A stretch of 64,000 bases of DNA from an uncultured Gammaproteobacteria bacterium (GTDB lineage: Bacteria; Patescibacteriota; Microgenomatia; Levybacterales; UBA12049), in assembly GCA_964391315.1 (NCBI GenBank), contig CAYMJR010000001.1, forward strand, positions 5,949 through 69,948. The letters run 5' to 3'. A program made the translations under genes and the position numbers. Of the stretch, positions 8,763-18,079 are shown one piece after another. The notes beneath the pieces were generated by a model. That model made no database searches and was not told the origin of the DNA. It was given only the letters and a program-made list of their open reading frames with translations. Position 1 is the stretch's first letter. The number at the start of each line of letters is the position of its first letter.

Positions 8763-9038
8763 TTACACTGTTGATCTTCTTCCGGTAATTAAGCTCCAGA
8801 TAAAGATCGCAATACATGCTCCAATAACGCCCACAATTATTCCTGAAAAACTTAATCCATTATCAGTTGGAGTTGCCGGTGCAATTGATCCAAATAGCCA
8901 TGTACCGATCCATCCTCCGATAATACCTACGATGATATTGGCAATCCAGCCCATTTGTGCATCAGTTTTCATAATCATTGATGCGATCCATCCGACCAAT
9001 CCAGCCAAAAGTAGTGTAATAATTAAACCCATACTCAT
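8763..9038 (-). CDS. GlsB/YeaQ/YmgE family (transglycosylase-associated) stress membrane protein
   Basis: Gly-rich helices GWIANIIVGIIGGWIGTWLFG. Start ATG 9038 is preceded by AAAGGAGGTGGTA, a strong SD with 5-nt spacing. The track start GTG 9044 lies inside that SD. Confidence 0.85.
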   Translation of the reverse strand: MSMGLIITLLLAGLVGWIASMIMKTDAQMGWIANIIVGIIGGWIGTWLFGSIAPATPTDNGLSFSGIIVGVIGACIAIFIWSLITGRRSTV

Positions 9039-9065
9039 TACCACCTCCTTTCTTTAATCTTGAAA

Positions 9066-9266
9066 CTATTTTCCGTTTCCTTGGTGTACATTTACATCAA
9101 TTTTGTTAGGGATATTCACTTGTGGTGTCCCTCCTGATTGACGAAACATTGGTACGAGATACACAAAAAATATAACTGCGAACACAAGAACAAAAATGAC
9201 TCCCAAAATCAATCCCATTACATTACCTGAATTATCATTTCCGGGATTATTCACAATAGTTGCCAT
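9066..9266 (-). CDS. small single-pass membrane protein
   Basis: 66 aa with one TM helix (GLILGVIFVLVFAVIFFVYLV). Strong SD GGAGGTGA (9273..9280 on plus) lies 7 nt before the ATG. Confidence 0.65.
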   Translation of the reverse strand: MATIVNNPGNDNSGNVMGLILGVIFVLVFAVIFFVYLVPMFRQSGGTPQVNIPNKIDVNVHQGNGK

Positions 9267-9504
9267 TTCGTGTCACCTCCTTCTGTGTTTACCCTCAACT
9301 ATTATTGTAGTGGAGCAAAACAAAAGTTCAGTGAAATATCAGTAAGAAATCAGTAACAACGTCGAGTCTATTATCTCAAAGCTTCGGAGAATAAAGTGTC
9401 TACTAAACGACCCACTTTTTCTTCATATGCAATGGTTTCTCTTTTGGAGTCGGGAGCAACTTTCTTACACGAAAAATATGATTGAAAACTAAAATGAAAA
9501 ACAA

Positions 9505-10290
9505 ATGAAAAATATCCAGACCAAAAATATCGTTTTTATCACCGGCTCTTTTGTCACGCATCACTGCTGGGATGATTGGCAAAAATACTTTCAAAAAAAA
9601 GGTTACAATACGATGGCTCCCCCCTGGCCTTTCAAAGATGCATCCGTACAAGTACTTCGCGACAGACAGCCCAATGACACTGATCTGGCAACACTTACCC
9701 TATCTCAACTGATTAATCACTACGTAAAAATTGTCAAAGAATTTCCTGAAAAACCAATTGTCATCGGACACTCCCTTGGCGGTCTGGTAACACAAATACT
9801 CGTCAATAAAGGATTACCCGCAGCTGGTGTCGCGATTCACTCAGTTCCTCCACTTGGAGTATTTCCCTATGAATTCTCTTTTCTGAAATCTGGATGGCAT
9901 GCCCTTGGTGTATTTACCCCAGTTAAAGAGACATACCTGATGTCCTTTGAAGATTGGCAATATGCTTTCGTAAATGAAATGCCCCTCAAAGAACAAAAAA
10001 AAACGTATGAGAAATACCCAATTCCTGAATCCAAAACAGTAACACGAGGTGCACTCACAAAAGCCGCAAAAATTGATTTTGAGAAAGACCATCCTCCGCT
10101 TCTTCTTACTTCAGGAAGCGAAGATCATCTCATCCCAGCTCATCTTAATCTTCGTAATTTCAAACGCTATAAAAAGAACAAGTCTATCGTGGACTATAAA
10201 GAATTTAAGGGACGCACTCACTTTGTACTGGGACAGTCCACATGGAAAGAAGATGCCGATTTTATTCTTGATTGGCTAAATAAATTATAA
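9505..10290 (+). CDS. alpha/beta hydrolase
   Basis: 261 aa. IVFITGSF, nucleophile elbow IGHSLGG, C-terminal His region GRTHFV. Confidence 0.8.
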   Translation: MKNIQTKNIVFITGSFVTHHCWDDWQKYFQKKGYNTMAPPWPFKDASVQVLRDRQPNDTDLATLTLSQLINHYVKIVKEFPEKPIVIGHSLGGLVTQILVNKGLPAAGVAIHSVPPLGVFPYEFSFLKSGWHALGVFTPVKETYLMSFEDWQYAFVNEMPLKEQKKTYEKYPIPESKTVTRGALTKAAKIDFEKDHPPLLLTSGSEDHLIPAHLNLRNFKRYKKNKSIVDYKEFKGRTHFVLGQSTWKEDADFILDWLNKL

Positions 10291-10390
10291 GAAAAATATT
10301 ATTCTACCTTTGTCATTTCACCATTTTCTGACACTTGAAATATTTCCTGTTTGTATCCAAAAACAAACTCTTTTGTCTAGAATTGGTGCG

Positions 10391-10768
10391 TTATTTCAGT
10401 TCGATGACGTATGAGGTGAGTTGTTTAATCTTCGCGTTTTTATCATGACCCGTGAACTTATAAACATCACAAAAAGCAACAGAAAATTTTGAGAACCTTA
10501 TCACGCCATCTGCAGCTGCTTCGTCTCCATGTGTCACAATCGTATCAAGAATCAATTCCTCTGCTTTTTCATCGCCCATCGTCTCGAGAAATTTTCTGGC
10601 TTCTTCTTTGCCCTGCATTATTTTCTTCCCTACCATAACCCACACAATATCATCTGACATAAAATCCAGAATTTTCTCTTTGTTATTTTCAACAAATGCA
10701 ATATTGAAGTCGCGAATAAATTCTCTTTTTGGAGCATTCCCACAATCTTCCGGAACAGTAATTTTCAT
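10391..10768 (-). CDS. NTF2-like / SnoaL-like domain protein
   Basis: 125 aa. ILDFMSDDIVWVMVG and a cone-like alpha+beta pattern. TATAAT lies 9 nt upstream of the ATG. Confidence 0.6.
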   Translation of the reverse strand: MKITVPEDCGNAPKREFIRDFNIAFVENNKEKILDFMSDDIVWVMVGKKIMQGKEEARKFLETMGDEKAEELILDTIVTHGDEAAADGVIRFSKFSVAFCDVYKFTGHDKNAKIKQLTSYVIELK

Positions 10769-10786
10769 AATAACTTTATTATATCA

Positions 10787-11377
10787 TTAGAAAACAAAGG
10801 GGATCAGCATTTTGGTGCGTTTCATGTATACAGGATATTTCTCTGGAAATTCTTTTCTCATATTCCTCTCTTCTGTCTTTGCACTGTAATAAAAATAAGC
10901 TGCTATTGCGATAAGCGGAATAATCCAAATAAAACTACTGACAAGAACCGATCCAAAAACAGCTAACAAAATCCCCGTATAAATCGGATGACGGACATAT
11001 GCATATGGTCCACTCGTTACCAGTTCCGGCTTTTCTTTCACACTCATCGGCATCCCCCAATTTCTGCCTATATGCACTCTCGCCCAGATAGCAAAAGCAA
11101 TTCCCGCTCCAGCACAAATCACACCAAGTGTTCCCAAAACAGTATTGCTTGTTGATTGTATAGAAATATATTTCCCTCCTCCAAACGCAAACCACAGAAG
11201 AATTCCCAACGAGACAAGACTACGAAATAAAATCGCAGGATATGATCCTGATCTATTTTTCTTTGCAAAAAGAGATGCGACAAACCACACTGCAAGAAAA
11301 ATAACCCAAAAAAGAATAAGGAGAAAATTAAAGATACCCACAACATTCAGTATATCACCTTTTGTGAGATGCCTCAT
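10787..11377 (-). CDS. isoprenylcysteine carboxyl methyltransferase (ICMT/PEMT) family membrane protein
   Basis: Five or more TM helices and the family motif LVTSGPYAYVRHPIYTGILL...E near the C-terminus. ATG at 11377 (the track start at 11383 is TTG). Confidence 0.75.
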   Translation of the reverse strand: MRHLTKGDILNVVGIFNFLLILFWVIFLAVWFVASLFAKKNRSGSYPAILFRSLVSLGILLWFAFGGGKYISIQSTSNTVLGTLGVICAGAGIAFAIWARVHIGRNWGMPMSVKEKPELVTSGPYAYVRHPIYTGILLAVFGSVLVSSFIWIIPLIAIAAYFYYSAKTEERNMRKEFPEKYPVYMKRTKMLIPFVF

Positions 11378-11413
11378 AGACAAATGTTTGTTATTGATTA
11401 GAATTGTTTATTT

Positions 11414-11908
11414 ATGAATAAAACACATCCAATACCAAAAGAACAAGTAATAGTCGATTTTTCATTGAAAGGAGAAAAAAAAGGAGAAGCAAAAGCTTCT
11501 CTTATCAAAAGAATTGAGAAACAAGAGGATGAAGCATTGGGCAATGGTGCTGAAAATACTGCCTCTTTTACAAACAAACTTGTCAATCTTAGTGATCAAC
11601 CTGAAGAAATATTAATGAAAATGAAAACAGTTTTTCCTTTTGATTTTTTCCCGGACAGGATTACGATAGATCCAGTAAAAGTACAAATCATACAAAAATA
11701 CTTTTTTCTTTCTCAAACAGTGAAAACCATTCCGGTAAAAGACATCGTCGACGCTACTGTCGAAACCGGTCCTCTCACTTCAACACTTGAAATAGCAACA
11801 AAGGAAGATGATAAACCAATACGTATATCTTATATACGAACAAAAGATGCGGAAAAAGCAATGAAAATTATTAAAGGACTGATTATTGCACGAAATGAGG
11901 CACAATAA
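11414..11908 (+). CDS. hypothetical protein with bacterial PH-like C-terminal domain
   Basis: C-terminal FPDRITIDPVKVQIIQKYFFLSQTVKTIPVKDIVDATVETGPLTSTLEI resembles the bPH/YdbT-type fold seen again at 41777..42370. Confidence 0.5.
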   Translation: MNKTHPIPKEQVIVDFSLKGEKKGEAKASLIKRIEKQEDEALGNGAENTASFTNKLVNLSDQPEEILMKMKTVFPFDFFPDRITIDPVKVQIIQKYFFLSQTVKTIPVKDIVDATVETGPLTSTLEIATKEDDKPIRISYIRTKDAEKAMKIIKGLIIARNEAQ

Positions 11909-11914
11909 TAGACA

Positions 11915-12295
11915 TCATGGTTCGAGCACAGCGAGGATATTTCCGGCAGGATCTTTAAACCATGCAATATCAGGACCCATCTTCGCTTCTTTTCCGCGGG
12001 CAATTCCCTTTTCATCCTGATGAAATCCTTCATAACGCTCAAAGGACACACCGAGTTTTTCCAACTCCTCAACTGCCGTATCAATATCATCAACAACAAA
12101 ATTCAGAATAGTAAATGATGCTGGTGTATGGTTTGGCTTTTCGTAGATAAACACGTTGCCCCCATGTGGCAAAGTAATCTCAAGTCCCATGGTACTGTCA
12201 TCAATAGCAAGTCCTAAAGTCTCATGATAAAACTTTTTGGCTTTTTTTATATCATCAACTGAAAACCCGCTAAATCCTGCTTTTGCTTTAAACAT
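11915..12295 (-). CDS. VOC (glyoxalase) family protein
   Basis: 126 aa. GFSVDDIKKAKKFYHETLGL and FKDPAGNILAVLEP are typical of the family. Confidence 0.8.
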   Translation of the reverse strand: MFKAKAGFSGFSVDDIKKAKKFYHETLGLAIDDSTMGLEITLPHGGNVFIYEKPNHTPASFTILNFVVDDIDTAVEELEKLGVSFERYEGFHQDEKGIARGKEAKMGPDIAWFKDPAGNILAVLEP

Positions 12296-12322
12296 ATATT
12301 TATAATATCATACTCAGTATAC

Positions 12323-12961
12323 ATGTATATTCGGTTTGTACTCTTCTTTCTTATTGCATTATTCATAGGATTTGCCGGATCGTATGTATTTATAAACTAC
12401 ACAAAACAAAAAGTAGAAACACCTGCACCATCTGCTTTCTCTCCTGATAATCCGCCGCGAAATTCACTCAAAGGACAAATAACAACGCTTTCCGGTGACA
12501 CATTCTTGGAATCACGCGTTGCATCAGAACCAGCCAAACTTACAAAGACACAAGAAATTCTTCAGGGTGAAAATCTGGTTACCAAAACCAATGGAAAAAT
12601 AAACGTAGCGTTTGCAGATGCGGAAACGATGACCATCCTTCCCGATTCTGAAATTGATGTGATACAAACTCTACCTGCAAATATTGTCATCACCCAACCG
12701 CAAGGGAATGTCCAATATACAAAATCCGGAAATATCCCTTTTTCAATCAATGCACAATCGCTCCTTGTTAATCACAATCAGGGAACACTTACCGTCTCAG
12801 TCGATAAGAAAAACCAAACAACAACTGTTGTCGTGCAAAACGGTACAGCCCAAGTTGCCTATGCGGATACCGATCAAAATAGTCACGTCATCATACTCTC
12901 CCACGGACAAACGTTTGTGTATGACGCGACAGAACAAACAGGAGAAATCGCTTCCCAATAA
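12323..12961 (+). CDS. membrane-anchored FecR-like beta-rich protein
   Basis: N-terminal TM helix. The rest follows a FecR-type pattern (GENLVTKTNGKINVAFADAETMTILPDSEIDV). Confidence 0.5.
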   Translation: MYIRFVLFFLIALFIGFAGSYVFINYTKQKVETPAPSAFSPDNPPRNSLKGQITTLSGDTFLESRVASEPAKLTKTQEILQGENLVTKTNGKINVAFADAETMTILPDSEIDVIQTLPANIVITQPQGNVQYTKSGNIPFSINAQSLLVNHNQGTLTVSVDKKNQTTTVVVQNGTAQVAYADTDQNSHVIILSHGQTFVYDATEQTGEIASQ

Positions 12962-12963
12962 CA

Positions 12964-14130
12964 TTACTTCAGATACTGTTCAAGCGGCCGTAAAATCGTG
13001 TTTCCTTCATACCCTAATGCCCACAGTGCAAGTCCTCCAAGATGATTATTTTGCACGTAATTAATTTTTTCACTTGTCGATTTCTCTATCGGAAAGAAAA
13101 TCTGATGATATGTTTGGGAATCTGTGTCTTTATAAATCACATACGCTTCTTGGGCGGTATCATCAAATTGCGCACTACATGTTGCACACGATGCGACTAA
13201 ACTTTCGGCCCGTTTGTTACTAGCAGTCTGACCGGTGTTAGGAATTACAGCTGACCGCGGAATATTGCCAAGAGTCTCCCATTCATATCCATATAACGGA
13301 GCACCGAGAATGATCTTTTGTGATGGGATAATGGTGAGCGCTTTTTGAACTGCTGTCTCCACATCATATTCCGATTCGATACCCGCTCCCCCAAGCGGTG
13401 CGACAGGACCACTCACATACGAAGCAGTCGAGTGAAAATCATATGCCATGATCACAATGTTATCGGCAATCTCGGCAATTTTTTTAGGTCTGATAAGCGT
13501 TGTGCTTTTAATCAAATCAACTGTTGTGACATCAACGGTGAGCGTTTTACCTCCTGACTTACTCAAGGCATCTTTTAACGTCTTCGTAAATTGTACAAAA
13601 TGCTTTTGCGCTGCCGGTGATGCCTCCTCAGTACTTTCAATATCTAAATTAAGATTGGTAAATCCGTATTGATCCATCATTGGCACTACTTCACTAGTCA
13701 TATTGGTCGCATTAACAACTGGATCCTGCATCAGTGCATCAATAGTTGCATTGTTTCCAGTAAATAGCACAAGTGAGAGGGCTACATTGTGTTGTTTAGC
13801 ATTTTGTAAAAATGGATCCGCTCTTCCTGATGACAGAGCGTACCATCCTGGTTCTTCTTGCGTAGGTGTACTCAATTTCATAATTGTCCCGTCGGTATCA
13901 ATAATCAAACTAAAATATGCAAGTGTTGTAATGTATCGTGAGTAGTCCATCTGTGCGCGCGACAATAATGCAAACGGCAAAAATCCAATAACTTCTTTTT
14001 GTGCAGGCTGTGGATTAATGATAGTTATAGAAGAAGCAGGTGCAGGAGAAAAAGTACCCGATAAAAAAAGACAAAGAATAATTCCAAGAATCAAACTAAA
14101 ACCAACAACAATACTACTTTTTATCAACAC
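12964..14130 (-). CDS. glycoside hydrolase family 18-like (chitinase-like) secreted protein
   Basis: GTG start 5 nt after TACAAT (14136..14141, minus). N-terminal anchor. TIM-barrel motif FTNLNLDIES (a DxxDxDxE variant) and C-terminal GGLALWALGYE. Confidence 0.7.
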   Translation of the reverse strand: MLIKSSIVVGFSLILGIILCLFLSGTFSPAPASSITIINPQPAQKEVIGFLPFALLSRAQMDYSRYITTLAYFSLIIDTDGTIMKLSTPTQEEPGWYALSSGRADPFLQNAKQHNVALSLVLFTGNNATIDALMQDPVVNATNMTSEVVPMMDQYGFTNLNLDIESTEEASPAAQKHFVQFTKTLKDALSKSGGKTLTVDVTTVDLIKSTTLIRPKKIAEIADNIVIMAYDFHSTASYVSGPVAPLGGAGIESEYDVETAVQKALTIIPSQKIILGAPLYGYEWETLGNIPRSAVIPNTGQTASNKRAESLVASCATCSAQFDDTAQEAYVIYKDTDSQTYHQIFFPIEKSTSEKINYVQNNHLGGLALWALGYEGNTILRPLEQYLK

Positions 14131-14187
14131 ACCCTATTGTAACATGTTATTTTCCAGTGAATGTAGGTTATAATCAAATCATAAAAT

Positions 14188-14628
14188 ATGGCAGCAACTC
14201 CACCGATTCCCTATTTCACTACTTCCCGTTATCGGGTTGCAACAATGGCGGAGTTAGCAAACGTTAAACCAAAGGAAAAAGCTGCGGATCTGGGAACTGG
14301 TGACGGACGGATTGCAATTGCACTTGCAGAAAAAGGAATTCATGTCGACGCATATGAAATCGATAAGAACAGAATAAAACTTGCTGAGGAAAATATCAAA
14401 AAAGCAGGAGTTGCAAATGTTACAATCCTCGACAAAGATTTCTGGCAGGAAGATCTTTCACAATATGACATCATCTGCTGTTATCCAATGCCAACAATCA
14501 TGGGACGGCTTGAAACGAAACTCAAAAACGAATTAAAACCTGGGGCCCGAGTCCTTCTCAACTACTTCCCCTTTCTCCATTGGAAAGAAAAACAAATCAA
14601 AGACAATATTTATTTATATATAAAATAA
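14188..14628 (+). CDS. class I SAM-dependent methyltransferase (small)
   Basis: Motif I AADLGTGDGRIAIALAEKG, then an acidic residue after beta-2 (DAYEID). Confidence 0.7.
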   Translation: MAATPPIPYFTTSRYRVATMAELANVKPKEKAADLGTGDGRIAIALAEKGIHVDAYEIDKNRIKLAEENIKKAGVANVTILDKDFWQEDLSQYDIICCYPMPTIMGRLETKLKNELKPGARVLLNYFPFLHWKEKQIKDNIYLYIK

Positions 14629-14633
14629 CTCTG

Positions 14634-15167
14634 TTATAAATTAATTGTCGTAAGCGTTTCATATACTGCTCCCGTTCTTCTCAAGTGTGACTCAATCAAA
14701 GAAAAAGATGAAATCTTATCTTTCCACATGATAGTCTCCAAAAAATTCTTTTCTTCGAACTGTTGAAATTGTTCCAAAGAAAACCGGGCAAGTGTTGTAT
14801 GCAAAATCTCATGTCTTCTTTCTTCACCTTTTTGAAGAATATTTGTGAGTTGTTTTTTTAATAGTAAAAATTCCTGAGGCATTTCTCCTCGTGCCCACAT
14901 AAGCCAAGGACGCTTATTCTCAGGACCAAATGCAACCATTTCAAAGACAACTGGAAATGGTTTGACGCAAGGCTTCATGTTTTGTAAAACATCACTAATC
15001 TCTTCCACGTTTTCTTCATACCAGGGAGGAAGTAATGTAATATGCAGATTCTCAGGAGGCGTCCACCGCACAGGAAATGTGATATGTTCTTCTTTCCATT
15101 TCCCAATTTCCTCGCGTAATGCATTGGATATCGTTACGCCAATAAAAATTCTTTTCTTTTTCTTCAC
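14634..15167 (-). CDS. thpR: RNA 2',3'-cyclic phosphodiesterase / 2'-5' RNA ligase (2H family)
   Basis: Two HxT/Sx motifs, NLHITLLPP and LHTTLARF, at the expected spacing. GTG start. Confidence 0.8.
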   Translation of the reverse strand: MKKKKRIFIGVTISNALREEIGKWKEEHITFPVRWTPPENLHITLLPPWYEENVEEISDVLQNMKPCVKPFPVVFEMVAFGPENKRPWLMWARGEMPQEFLLLKKQLTNILQKGEERRHEILHTTLARFSLEQFQQFEEKNFLETIMWKDKISSFSLIESHLRRTGAVYETLTTINL

Positions 15168-15177
15168 GCGCTTTTAA

Positions 15178-15342
15178 TTATATCTTGTTTTTCAAATCAC
15201 CTATCTCTTCTCCACCTTTTGCTTCGAGTTTTTGTTTAAGCGCTTCTTGATGATTGTCATCGGACATCGTCTTCATATGATTAATGATGTCTTCATCTCC
15301 ATTTGCTTGATATCCGCAAACCGGACACGTTACATTCGCCAT
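15178..15342 (-). CDS. small hypothetical protein (54 aa, CxxC)
   Basis: Below the track cut-off. Sequence MANVTCPVCGYQANGDEDIINHMKTMSDDNHQEALKQKLEAKGGEEIGDLKNKI. ATG 15342 is preceded by GAGAGGTGGTGA (SD). Confidence 0.4.
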   Translation of the reverse strand: MANVTCPVCGYQANGDEDIINHMKTMSDDNHQEALKQKLEAKGGEEIGDLKNKI

Positions 15343-15435
15343 AAAAAATCACCACCTCTCAATCAAACTATAAAAAACAAACCAGTAGGCAATATGAAAA
15401 CCATGTGAGAGTTGTGTTTGAAAGAATAATCTCTT

Positions 15436-17007
15436 ATGATAAAAAGTGTGAAACAAATACCTGTCCTCATCATCGGCGCTGGTCCCACGGGTCTGATGAT
15501 TGCATGCCAGCTTGTCATCCACGATGTCCCTTTCATCATTGTTGAAAAAGATCCTGCAGCAACAACTGAATCACGGGCAATCGGTATCCAGGCAAGAACC
15601 CTTGAAATCTTCCGGCAAATGGGAATCGTCGACAAGTTTCTTGAAGGTGGTTACGCTGCAAAAGCAATTAATTTTGTGGCAAAAGGCAAAATACGGGCAC
15701 ATATCCCTCTTTCAACATTTGGGACCAACCTAACCCAATATCCCTATGTCTTCATGCATGAGCAATCAAAGACTGAAAGAAATTTTCTCAATTTCCTCAA
15801 AAAGCATGACAAACACATTTTGTATAATACAAAAGTTCTCTCATTGACTGATGAAGGCGATGATGTAAAAGCGGTCATCAAAACGAAAGAAGGTAAAGAA
15901 GAAACTATTCAAGCCCGGTGGGTTATCGGTGCTGACGGTGCGCATAGTATTGTCAGACACACACTCAATATCCCTTTTGCTGGGAAAACGTATAAGCAAT
16001 CATTATTTGTCATGGATTGTAAAATTGAGACAGATTTACCAACTGATGAATTAACTGTCTTTTTCTCAAATACTTCATTCGCTGCTATTTTTCCCATGAT
16101 CAATCACCATTGGCGAATTGTGGGCGAATTACCTCCGGGACTTAATAACAAAGATGAGATTACGTTTGAAGATATCAATAAAGATTTTGCAAAGAGAATG
16201 CAGGTTAACATGAAACTTTCCGATTGTTCATGGATTGCTGCATATCACTCACACCATCGCTGCGTCAGTACTTTTCATAAAGGAAATTACTTTTTACTTG
16301 GTGATGCAGCTCATATCCACAGTCCTGTCGGTGCACAAGGTATGAATACAGGTCTTCAAGATGCATACAATTTAGCCTGGAAAATAGCATATGTGTATCA
16401 CAAAAAAGCAAAACCGGAATTACTCGATACGTTAACAGCAGAACGTCTTCCCTTTGCACATAAACTTGTCCAAACAACTGACCGGGTATTTAGTCTTGTT
16501 GTTGGCGCAAACAAATTTGAAACGTATTTCCGCTTACTGCTTGCTCCTCGTCTGCTTCACATCCTCATAAACCACAAGCGGACAAGCAGATTTATGTTCC
16601 GTACAGTTTCACAAATCGGCATCAATTATCGCCATGGACCGCTTGCTGAGGATGCATCGTTTGGTTACTTTCCGGAAAATACCCCATTACCCGGTGACCG
16701 ACTCCCCTACATTCTGTATGAAGAAAATAAAAATATTCAGGAAGTAATTACGCCAAAATACTTCCATCTGCTGGTCTTTTCTGGCTTTGAAGGAAAAACA
16801 GATGAAATTGAAAAATCAATCAAACCCTATGAATCAATTATTAAAGTAACGAACATTCCGCTGACGATAGAAACAGAAGTACTCTACAAAACATTTGGAA
16901 TTAAACAGGGGTATTATTTAGTCCGCCCTGATATGTACATCGCAATGCGAAATGACGATTTGAAGATGGAAAACCTCCTCACCTACCTGTCGAGATATTT
17001 TATATAA
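15436..17007 (+). CDS. FAD-dependent aromatic-ring monooxygenase (PheA/TfdB-like)
   Basis: GxGxxG VLIIGAGPTGLMIA. DG motif VIGADGAHSIVR. GDAAHIHSPVGAQGMNTGLQDAYNLAWK. C-terminal thioredoxin-like extension. Confidence 0.85.
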   Translation: MIKSVKQIPVLIIGAGPTGLMIACQLVIHDVPFIIVEKDPAATTESRAIGIQARTLEIFRQMGIVDKFLEGGYAAKAINFVAKGKIRAHIPLSTFGTNLTQYPYVFMHEQSKTERNFLNFLKKHDKHILYNTKVLSLTDEGDDVKAVIKTKEGKEETIQARWVIGADGAHSIVRHTLNIPFAGKTYKQSLFVMDCKIETDLPTDELTVFFSNTSFAAIFPMINHHWRIVGELPPGLNNKDEITFEDINKDFAKRMQVNMKLSDCSWIAAYHSHHRCVSTFHKGNYFLLGDAAHIHSPVGAQGMNTGLQDAYNLAWKIAYVYHKKAKPELLDTLTAERLPFAHKLVQTTDRVFSLVVGANKFETYFRLLLAPRLLHILINHKRTSRFMFRTVSQIGINYRHGPLAEDASFGYFPENTPLPGDRLPYILYEENKNIQEVITPKYFHLLVFSGFEGKTDEIEKSIKPYESIIKVTNIPLTIETEVLYKTFGIKQGYYLVRPDMYIAMRNDDLKMENLLTYLSRYFI

Positions 17008-17012
17008 TCCTC

Positions 17013-17018
17013 TATACT
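17013..17018 (+). promoter_or_regulatory. -10 box TATACT, 6 nt before ATG 17025
   Basis: Read directly: tctatact acataa ATG. Confidence 0.4.
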
Positions 17019-17024
17019 ACATAA

Positions 17025-17612
17025 ATGATTACAAATCGTATCGAATCAGTTGCTAAATATGCTGGGATTGCAACAGTGAGTGTTGAATGGCTCGCACTCT
17101 TTCTTTACTACATCCAAATGCCTGCATATTTTGGCGGGAAATATCCAATAAGCTATTTCGCATATCTTCCCCAAACAAAACTGGTTTTTACTATTTGTTA
17201 TACCTTAGCCGGAACATTTTTCTGGATCTTTATCAGACATCATTTACATAAACACTATCGTGCACCGATTAACATTTTTGCATTATCAATGATTCTTTTT
17301 GTTGCATTAGCCATGGTTCCATTTAATCCGACTAATACAATAAGTAGTACCATTCACAGCACCATAGGATGGTCCTCGAGTATTTTTTTCTTAATCGGAA
17401 TGTATGTGCTTGCAAAAAATGCTCAAAACAAATATATCTATCGAGGAACAGTTCTTGCAATGATTTTCAGTACGATATTAATAGTTGCGTTTGCTAATAT
17501 CTCAAAAGAAAGCCCTCTTATCTTTGCATTGGAAGCAGGTTCTTGGTTTATCTGGCAAATCTGGATACTCTGGATTTCTTTTTATAGTTATAACCACAAA
17601 ATGTCCAAATAA
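17025..17612 (+). CDS. polytopic membrane protein, unknown function
   Basis: 195 aa with about 6 hydrophobic helices. No family recognised with confidence. Confidence 0.55.
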   Translation: MITNRIESVAKYAGIATVSVEWLALFLYYIQMPAYFGGKYPISYFAYLPQTKLVFTICYTLAGTFFWIFIRHHLHKHYRAPINIFALSMILFVALAMVPFNPTNTISSTIHSTIGWSSSIFFLIGMYVLAKNAQNKYIYRGTVLAMIFSTILIVAFANISKESPLIFALEAGSWFIWQIWILWISFYSYNHKMSK

Positions 17613-17656
17613 TCACCCAAACGTAAATATAAGACGTTACTTTAGAGATAAACCCA

Positions 17657-18079
17657 TTAAAGAAAGGTATTTGTTAATCGCCCGAAAAGCCCATCTTTAT
17701 CTACCAAAATCTTATTTCCTTCACTCATGACTTGTTTTGTTCCTTCGTCAACTGGATTTGTTTGTGCCCATTCTTCTGTTGCCAAATTAAACTCCGCTTC
17801 GATACCATTTTCATAAAAAACTCTTTTCGTCTTTACTACTCCCCAATCTTCATCATGAATACCATCCGGCTTAACTGTACCGAATTGATATATCCAAGAA
17901 TTATCATTGATATAAACATTTGGATTTTTAGTAATAATGATTAAATCAATATCTGAAGACTCTTTCGCAGCATTTCTTGCATGAGATCCAACAAGCGCAG
18001 CTCCTAAAATATTTTCCTGTTTTGTTGCCCACTCAGTAAGTTGTTGAAAGAATGTTTGAAGATGCTGCATGTCAACCAA
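17657..18079 (-). CDS. nucleotidyltransferase-domain protein (Pol-beta superfamily)
   Basis: GSHARNAAKESSDIDLIIIT matches G[SG]-x(9-11)-DxD. 140 aa. Start overlaps the dipZ stop by 8 nt. No HEPN partner is seen nearby. Confidence 0.7.
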   Translation of the reverse strand: MVDMQHLQTFFQQLTEWATKQENILGAALVGSHARNAAKESSDIDLIIITKNPNVYINDNSWIYQFGTVKPDGIHDEDWGVVKTKRVFYENGIEAEFNLATEEWAQTNPVDEGTKQVMSEGNKILVDKDGLFGRLTNTFL

